In this document: piece after piece, positions 56,145 to 64,000 of the stretch
Position numbering within the stretch: position 1 is the stretch's first letter
Layout of the letters: each line of letters opens with the position of its first letter
From: Pelomyxa schiedti
Lineage: Eukaryota; Protista; Evosea
Reading direction: 5' to 3'
DNA length: 64,000 nucleotides
NCBI GenBank assembly: GCA_020536535.1
Contig: JAHLWZ010000811.1
Span: 1 to 64,000 of the forward strand
Position numbers and translations under genes: made by a program
Notes under the pieces: generated by a model
The model's input: only the letters and a program-made list of their open reading frames with translations
Databases searched by the model: none
Told to the model about the DNA's origin: nothing

Positions 56145-56675
56145 GAGGAGTACTTGGCTTTCTTAAACCGAGCTCAAATGCAGTCACGGTTATCCAAAAT
56201 AATACCTATCCAATCAACTTGCAATCCAGATTTTCCCCAGAACCTTCCGGGTAGGTTTCGGCTCTCTCCCTTGAGGTCTGAATCGAAATCTATCCACTAT
56301 GGAGGGCCTGGGGCTCGAGGGCCAGGGGGAGCCTGGTCTCTCAGTTTAATTTCCAGTCTGGAAAGTCCTGAGGGGGCGCCTCAGAACTTCCAGATCACAT
56401 TCCAGAAGTAGGGGGAAACCCAAGGGGGCTCCTTGGGTTGTGGTCCTCCTCAAAATTTGTAGCAGGACAGTAACAGGGGGAGCCTGAGCTGACCTGCTCA
56501 CTCTTCAAAGGGAAAATTTCCACTTGACTAAAAGCGAGCGGGATCACCGCGAAGTTCCCTGCCCCCAACTCCCATCCCCGGGAGGTGGGGCATTTCAGGG
56601 AGGCGCGGCCCCGCCCCACTGTTCCGTGTTGTTCAGCCTCTGGGTTGGAAGGTTGAGTACTCCTCATTTTTTTTT
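56145..56675 (+). ncRNA. Candidate structured non-coding RNA (~520 nt) with terminal long-range stem and oligo-T terminator; family unassigned
   Basis: 56145-56162 pairs with 56648-56665 over 18 bp, including G-U pairs that form only on the + strand. T9 at 56667-56675, many internal hairpins, and no credible ORF in an unusually long intergenic spacer. Confidence 0.55.
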
Positions 56676-56833
56676 CTATTTTTGAATAAATTACCCACTA
56701 CAGTACCTTCATTCTACTGTGCAGATGGGGAAAAGAGAAAGGCGGGAAGAGGTAAAAAACCATGTGTTGATCACAAATGCATATCTCACTTTCGAGAGCC
56801 CAGGCTCCAATCAGCACAACACATGACACACCC

Positions 56834-57649
56834 TCATATTCCACCAGATCCAACTTGGGCAAAGTTTGTGTGGCCAGTCTTTGAGGCATGGTCAATGGCA
56901 CCCTTCTGTCCCACAAGTCCAGAGCCACACACAAGGCACTGTAAGTCAAACTTGGATGTGTCTGTGAACTTGCGGGCCGATTTCTCCCTCGCCATGAATG
57001 CACGAACCTGAGCTTCAGTAGATTCAGCTTCGCGGCCGCGCCGCGGAAATACTGTCACATCACACTCCTCAGGTGCTCCTTGTTCTAAGCACAGTGCCAG
57101 AGCGTCATAGTGTATGCCGTCATAGATCTGAAGTTGGTTGGTGTGGATGTGATTTGGGGGATTATGGGATAACTCACAATGTAGGCTATGTCATTGTATC
57201 CTTCTGATTCCCCAAAGGGGACGATTTGACTTGATTGAATGTCGCATACAGCAATGACTGTGTGATAGTGCTTGCATAGAATAGAAAGTTCAATGGCTCC
57301 TCCCCAGCTGTCAGCCATCTAATCTAATTCGTAAGTCCAAGTGTGCTTCAATAGGTAGCTCCAACAAAGAAAAAAAGGGTTCTACCAGAATCCACATTGT
57401 GTAGTCTTCAGGTTGTTTCCCCAAAAATGCTTCATTGTAAGTTTCCGGGTCATTAAACACGGTCTCGGCAATCAAATGCCTCAGTCTATCCACTTCACTT
57501 CGAGAGTGGCCTCCAAGAACATACCTAAATTGGCACGCAAACACAACACAAAAAACAAATGAGCACCATGGATCCCAACATGACACAAACCCTACAGCAT
57601 TGAACAGACAACCATTGTCCGCAGGTATCACTCGACGCACCACGCTCAT
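56834..57649 (-). CDS. OTU1: OTU1/YOD1-type deubiquitinase with C-terminal C2H2 zinc finger
   Basis: RRVIPADNGCLF (catalytic Cys), SWGGAIEL, YDGIHYD (catalytic His), LQCLVCGSGLVGQKGAIDHASKTGHTNF. Confidence 0.92.
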
Positions 57650-57793
57650 CACCTCGAATTAACCGGTTTTTATGATGGAATTAGTAAGCAAAACCCTCTT
57701 TGACAAGTCGAAAGGGAATAAAAATGTTTTGAATAGTGGAGTGAAAAAAATCAAACAGGATAGGATTGTGTGAGGGGTGTGGTGCGCGGGTCC

Positions 57794-58422
57794 TTAGTCA
57801 AAGAGGCCAAAACCACCCAAATCGACTCCTTCCTCCTCGGCGGGTTTTTCCTCCTTCTCCTCTTCCACCTTGGGTGCTTCCTTCTCTTTTTCCTTTCCCT
57901 TGCCACCCTTGCCTTTACCTTTGGGCTCTTCCTCTTCTGCAAGCAGCGAATTAGCAAAAAGAAAAAAAAAAAAAGTCAGATTTGCATAAGTGTGGTGCGG
58001 ACAGAAAAAGAAGAGAACGTAGAGCTATGTGCCAGAAAAGAATGAAAGAGAAACGAAGTAGAGTGTACCTGCTTTCGCCTCCTCTACTGGAGCAGCAGCG
58101 GGAGCTGCGGCACAGACCATGCTTCCCATCTTTGTTCTGCCCTCAGCAATGAGGGTGTTGATGTCCTTGCCTGCAAGGTTACTTTCAGACAAACACATAG
58201 TACGGAGTTGTTTTACAAACAATAATTGTGGAGAGGTTGTTATTGACTCTACAATAATAACAAACAAAAGACACACACACCAGCGAGTTCTTGAAGGAGA
58301 AGCTCGATTTTAGCTTCATCAGCGGAGGCACCGGCAGCGGTGAGGACTCGCTGAATGTCGGCTGAGGTGACGTTGGTGTTTCCGCCGAGGGCGAGGAGCA
58401 GGTATGCGGCGAGGTGCCTCAT
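57794..58422 (-). CDS. RPLP2: 60S acidic ribosomal protein P2
   Basis: MRHLAAYLLLALGGN..SADIQRVL..G...KDINTLIAEGRTKM, an Ala-rich hinge and acidic tail ending GFGLFD*. Two introns. Confidence 0.95.
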
Positions 58423-58721
58423 TGTGGGATGGATCACAAAAAAAACGATCGAGCGAGAGTGACGGCCTAGCGGCGCCGAGTAATGCGAAAAAGGTTTGTT
58501 TGGAAAGAAAAGAGCCGCCGAAACTTGAAAGGGAAAAAAAATGAAGAGCAATTGGTTTTCGGACTGACGTACTGAGTTCAGATGGCGCCTGCAGTCGGCA
58601 GTGGATCTGCCGCAGTCCTTCGTCTCCTTTGGGCGTAGACAAAGTGCTTGAGTTGAAGTTTGGGACTGGCGGAGGATAACAGAAGCTGAAACAGGTGATT
58701 AGGTGAAACAGTATACGCCGT

Positions 58722-61700
58722 ATGCCGGACACGTGCCGAATCGGCAGCCTGCAGGCAACTTGTGTGAAATTTTTGGCTACCAACGAGAAAAGCCCGCTGT
58801 TGAGTGCTGATGTTGTCTCCCTCCGCGGCGGGTGCTTGCCGTCCTCTGCGCTTCCGCAATTATGGGACCAAGCTGAAGCAAACTCTTCTCGTGGCTTGGG
58901 TGCATTCCTTTTTACAACTTTCACTCGATTTGAGTCCAATCAACATTACCCAACGAAAATAACAAAAACCAAAACCAAAAAACACCAGATTCCGTAGGAG
59001 CACGGGTGATTCTCAATTTGTTGGAAAATATCCCGTCTCTGGCATCTCAACTTTGTCAACAGACTGGAGGTCCAATACATATGGCCCATTGTTGTCACAT
59101 TGATATCATGCAGGCATTTGCTCGCTCACAGATTGTTCCTTCCACAGAAACAGTAACTTTCTAGTATCGTTAATAATATCTCATTAGCAAGTTCTTCACT
59201 GGTTAGATCAAACTTGATTTCTCCAAGTCTGTTGATCTTTCTGATTCTTGTGTGATGGCCCTTCTGTGCTCTGAGCGCATTTCTTTACTGAGAATTGCTT
59301 CCCTTCGCTTCTCTGAATGCAATTCCATTACTGACTCAAGCTTCTCTTGTAAGTCTAGCATTTTTAAAGACTGTATTCACATTTTGTTGCAGTTGTTCAA
59401 AATCTAAGTGGTCTGCTTTTTTTTTTTCCCCACTTTCTTCCTTCTTTTGCCGTTTACTTCTCGTAGAAACTCTAGAGGAACTTGATTTCAAAGGATGCCA
59501 ATTTCTAACTGACCAAAGCATTAGTTCTGTACTTCAGAACTGTAGACAGTTGATGTACCTTGACCTATCCAAAACATGTGCTTCTAATACTTCTGTACGA
59601 ATAGCTATGGAGAGGTAACCCCGTTGTTGGTGGTAAGCACTGATAGAAAACAGATGCTGGAACATGCAGTTCCTGACCCTAGAGTCAGGCTTTATAACTG
59701 ATTCCATTCTTCCTACAAGCCCTCATCCTAGACTCAGGTCATTGATTATAAACAGAAAGTAGGAAAAAGCTGCTAAAGATACTTTGTTATGTTAATGAAA
59801 TACCTTCACAGTGACGATTTTGTTGAGGCAAAAATTTCGGATAGATTCCTTGAATTAATTCCTGCAAGGTAATGTGTCATCTCCACATCTATGAATGAAT
59901 GCAGAAAATGACTCCATATAAATCTAGTTTCCCTATGCTGGAGAAGCTAGAAATATGTGATGGTCATTTCACAATCCCCGTAATATTAAAGACTGTACAA
60001 TCTCTGACCCACCTTGAAGTCTGCTGCTTTCCAACCTTTGCAGACCTTAAACTGCATATATCTCTGCTTGCTCGTAACACGACAACACTAAAAATTGATG
60101 GAACTTGGAATGATGAGGGGACACTTGACTTGCAATATATACCTTGTGGACACCTTGCCCAATTGTTGTGTGTTAATATCAAAAATATCACTGTTTTGAA
60201 CCTTGAATGCTTATCTCTCTGCCGGAGGGCATCTACTCTCAAACTTTATTCTGTCACTGGTAGTGAGAAGTCACCACTATCTTTAATGCAGTCCATTGCA
60301 CAATCAGTACAAGGCATTACTAAACTTTCTCTGGGAGGGTGTTGTATGGCTTATGCTGATAGTCAATTATTACTGGACTTGTTGCCTTCCTTGAAGGAAA
60401 TCACTTTGGGTGTTACTTGTACTGGAACTGGAAGACCCTTTTTTTTCACCCACCAATGTGTAGAAAACATTGACATTACATTGAAACCGACACGGGCGCG
60501 GGATGTGGCTCCTGTAGTGCAATTTCTCTGTTCGCGGCTCACCACCCTGAAGTTCCTTTTCATAGTAAAGGTAACCAGTCACGTTCTGCAAACAATTGTT
60601 GGATTACTTCCAGTTAATCTGAGTTGTTTACTGTTGTCTGGATACAATATGCCAAAGACCACTATTTCACTGCGGCGCCTTACTTCACTGAAAAGGTTTG
60701 AGGCGCCATTCTCTGTGAACTGTTATGACTACAGCGCATTGCATATTCCTGGCACATTGGAGTTCGAGGAAAAAGATATCACGACTTTCCCACTGGATTC
60801 CGTAGCCAACTTACATACATTACACCTTTTTAATGCTCCGGTGCGCGAAACGGAAATTCAAGCTTTGGGGAAGATGCTTTTTCTCAGGGATCTGGACATT
60901 ACCAATAATTGCATTCTGAAAAGTTTTATATTGTCACATCCAACTCTCCATCACATTAGGCTCCTCCACGTCAATGAAGCGGAAGTGTTTATGCTGGATT
61001 GCCCACAACTTATTTCTCTAGATATAGATGGTTGTGCAAAAATAGCCAATCAAGTAGCTGGGAATATTGTGCATTACAATACTCCAAATTTGAGATACCT
61101 TCGTTGTATAATGACAACTTCTTTTGTAAGCCATTTAGTTTCCACTATCTTATGGGTTTTTTTTTATTTATGCAAGGAATTTGACGGAAATGAATACAAG
61201 AGTTGGCACCTCCCTCCCGAGACTTTCTCTATAAACGCTCTCCCAACCAATTTAATATCGTTGGAGTTGATGAATACCATCCGAATTTTACCTGAGGTTC
61301 AGTCCTCCTTCTAACGAGGTTACTCCAACTAACCTTCACCCAGATCAGGCTCACCAACCCAAACTACAAAATTGGGTGTCTGACACTTTGCGGGTGCTAT
61401 ATGCTTGAAACAATAACAATAGCTCTGCCGCACCTTTACGATTTCAATGTGAGGAGATGCCCCCGGCTCAGAGACATCACGATTCTGGCTTCCGGCGAAA
61501 TTGTGAGGATGGGTATATGCCAAGTGCAGGAGAATTTTACACTGAACCTCGGCGAAGACGTTTCATGCCTCAGAGTTCTGGACTTCCAGAATCCCTTTGT
61601 TTTCACTCCAGAATTTGTTGCTCATTTGACATCACACCCCACATTGGCACTCTCACTGGAGTACCTTGAAATTCCACGGCCCCCAGAAACTATGGACCTC

Positions 61701-61763
61701 CAATCCTGGTTCCGAAATATCTCTGGGGTATGCCCCTTGGCCAAGATCCACGTAAACAGTTGA
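58722..61763 (+). CDS. Cysteine-containing-subtype LRR protein (FBXL/RNI-like) with possible N-terminal BC-box
   Basis: LRRs such as LEELDFKGCQFLTDQSI..CRQLMYLDLS, LRDLDITNNCIL and CPQLISLDIDGC. N-terminal SLQATCVKFLA. Start and first exons are approximate. Confidence 0.7.
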
Positions 61764-61949
61764 ACAAAACAACACGCTTTCGTTTTCTCAACATCACGAT
61801 CGACCTAAAGCCAGGGCTGACCCCGAAATACATTTCCTTTTTGTCTATTATCAGATTTTGTGCTGGTTAAAGTTAACTTTTTCTTTCCCGGTTATCCGAA
61901 GTGAAGAATGTTCAACAATTTTTGATTAATCGGGGAACAAAGTACACGA

Positions 61950-64000
61950 ATGAGCACCAAGCCGATGTCGCCCAGGACCCCACAACCGGGGAATAATGCC
62001 AATCCGACTCCAATTCCCTCTGTTGCTTTGTGTCCTCTGACGCCACAGCAACAGCAAAATTTCCTCATGCTTCAGCAACAACAGCAGCAACGGCTGTTGC
62101 AACAACAACTTCTGATGCAACAAGCAAGGCAAAACATGTCTCCGTCATTGCAGCAGCAACAAATGCAGTCCCAAGCCGTGATTTTGCAGCAGCAGTTGCT
62201 CATTCAGCAGCAACAGGCCATGTTGATACAACAACAGCAGCGCCAGCAGCAAAGCCAGGTGCTAAATTGCTACGGAGTGGATAGTGGTGCCTTCAACAAT
62301 TTCAGCACCTACGGCAGCACTGCGTCGTCCGCGTCGCCGTTCGGGGTTATGGGAGTGATGCCGCAGATGTCAATATGCAATTCCATCGGACCGCCGCCCA
62401 GTTCCACCTTTCTATCTTCAGTGGGCCCGCCTCCTTCGGTCTCGTCTGTCTATGGCCGACCCACAATGAATTACAGGAGGGCACCGCAGCTTCAACAAAT
62501 TGCTGCTACAAATGGGTCCGCACTTATGTCAGTAAGGTAAAATATCATCTTCTATACTTCTCGGTCCCTGAGGCCAGGTAACTTCAAAAAAAGATTGGTC
62601 AACAACGCCTCTCCTGCAACTATTCCCTCTGGCTTGTGTATGCCTTCACCAAGTAACTCTTCGTATGTCCGACCCATTTCCATTTCGTCTGAGCATGTTC
62701 AGGGCTTTCCAACAAAAGTTCTCCCAATTTAGTCAAATGACCCAAATGCGTCAATTGCAGCAACAACAAACTCCAGCAGCGGTAAACAAAATAGCACCCA
62801 TCTTCTTTGCTTCTTACTATTATTCTCAGACACCCACCAATACTACTCCTGTTCGTGTTCATTCAACTCCAACTGCTTCAAGTGCACCAGTATGTTACTG
62901 ACTTCCTCCAAGAAATCTAATAGTAAAAATCAAGATAGCTATACCTAAAAAAAAGGAACCAGCTAAGCCTGGATATCCTACTACTAGTAGACCTGCCTCA
63001 CACCCACCAAATCCCCCCACCAAATCTTCAACACCCACACTAGCTCCTTTGAAGATGTCTGCAAAAGAAGTACTTTGCTCCTCCATTCAGTGAAAGTACT
63101 TACGTATGTAGGTTAAAACTTTCGATTCTGTCTGGTTGAAGTTAATCAAAAAACTGGAAAATACAGTAACAACAGAATTTTGGCCTATCTTAACCGAAAT
63201 AGGAAGGTACTATCCCCCAGTCTTTGGCATTAACATCTAATCCACTGTACCGTTAAGACAGGAGAACCATCAGTTGAATGAACCCATGTTGGCAAACCTT
63301 GAAGACTGTAAAAAAAAAATACTTGCAATTCCGAAATTGGGGACTGTGGGAGCAGCACCCACTGTACTCGATTGTGTATCTAGTTGTACAGGTATGCCCT
63401 GACAAAAAAATGTGAATATTCATTGGTAAACCAAGAAAAAACTGTTGAGGATTTCCTCAAATTATACAAAGACTTGAGATCGGCTGGCACATGGCTGGAC
63501 GACTCCATTTTTGAATACACAATGGAGCAACTTCACGCCACGCTGTGGCCAAAGTATTGTAGAGAAGTATCTTGCCTCTAATAATTTTGTTTGTTCTTAT
63601 TCTTTAAGTATGTAGATGAAGACCATAAACATAACACTAAAATTCGAAGTTTGCCTGAAATAACACCAGCACACCTTGGTGTTGCCCAAAAATTTTGGTT
63701 ATTTGACCCAGACAAAGGTGAAATGGTATTTGTGCAAAAACTTCACATAAATATATTCAATGTCTACCTTTAGAGTGCAGACAATTCTTACGCGAGCGCT
63801 ATTGAGGGTATGGATATGGCTCTCTTCTCTCAGGAGTAACGAATATTAACCTGCAACACAGCTATCCACCTTATCTCGAAAAAGGATTCACCTGCGAAAA
63901 AAGTAGATTGCCTAGTGAAAGTTGGTCATGAAATTTCCTGTTGCATTCGTGAATATTGGGGAAATGAATACTCTTCTGAAAAATTTTCTCTGTTTGTCTG
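61950..64000 (+). CDS. Gln-rich VPS9-domain protein (Rab5-type GEF), 3'-truncated by the window end
   Basis: PolyQ N-terminus. Late exons read MEQLHATLWP, KIRSLPEITPAHLGV and DSPAKKVDCLVKVGHEISCCI, as in the helical-bundle/VPS9 region. Confidence 0.65.

Noticed and set aside
56276-56391. Minus-strand RNase P reading (GGAAGUUCUGAG with GAUUCAGAC)
   Set aside because: Only ~97 nt separate the two motifs, too short for a normal specificity domain. The first motif is locked in a local hairpin, and the G-U pairs plus T-run favour the + strand.
47467-61763. Possible functional cluster of ubiquitin/NER genes (RAD23, OTU1, Rad7-like LRR)
   Set aside because: They are interspersed with unrelated genes, and ubiquitin-system genes are common in eukaryotic genomes. 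There is no evidence of co-regulation.
1-64000. CRISPR arrays, rRNA, transposase or retroelement ORFs, viral genes
   Set aside because: No regularly spaced repeat-spacer arrays, rRNA signature sequences, RT/integrase/transposase motifs or viral hallmark genes were seen. The many short alternative-frame ORFs are shadows of low-complexity coding regions.

Overview
Gene-dense, intron-rich eukaryotic genomic DNA. Introns are short GT-AG (about 30-100 nt) and intergenic spacers are often under 200 bp. The gene content (LRR-fused MAPK phosphatase, cAMP-receptor-like GPCR, an intronless gene carrying a 'HPRCG..SPA..L / SPTL'-type motif) suggests Amoebozoa, most plausibly a Pelomyxa-like archamoeba; this is inference, not verified. 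About 30 genes can be assembled by splicing ORF fragments by eye. They include EXOC5/Sec10, RAD23, RPLP2, OTU1/YOD1, TIPIN/Swi3, a CID-domain protein, a Pho80-type cyclin, a GH31 glycosidase, a 5'-nucleotidase, an SLC45-like MFS carrier, a TMEM181/Wntless-like protein, a PqiA-domain membrane protein and a truncated VPS9-domain GEF. No CRISPR array, rRNA or convincing tRNA was found. The most notable unexplained features are: (1) a ~520-nt highly structured intergenic element ending in a T9 tract (candidate Pol III ncRNA); (2) a 1529-aa intronless protein ending in triplicated CapZIP/FAM21-type motifs and a capping-protein-interaction-like motif; (3) a short TA-flanked inverted-repeat element; (4) a MORN gene without an obvious in-frame ATG; (5) a UBZ/Di19/RING-H2 E3 ligase absent from the ORF track; (6) a tandemly duplicated unknown domain interrupted by an in-frame TGA. 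Boundaries of multi-exon genes were derived manually and several are approximate.
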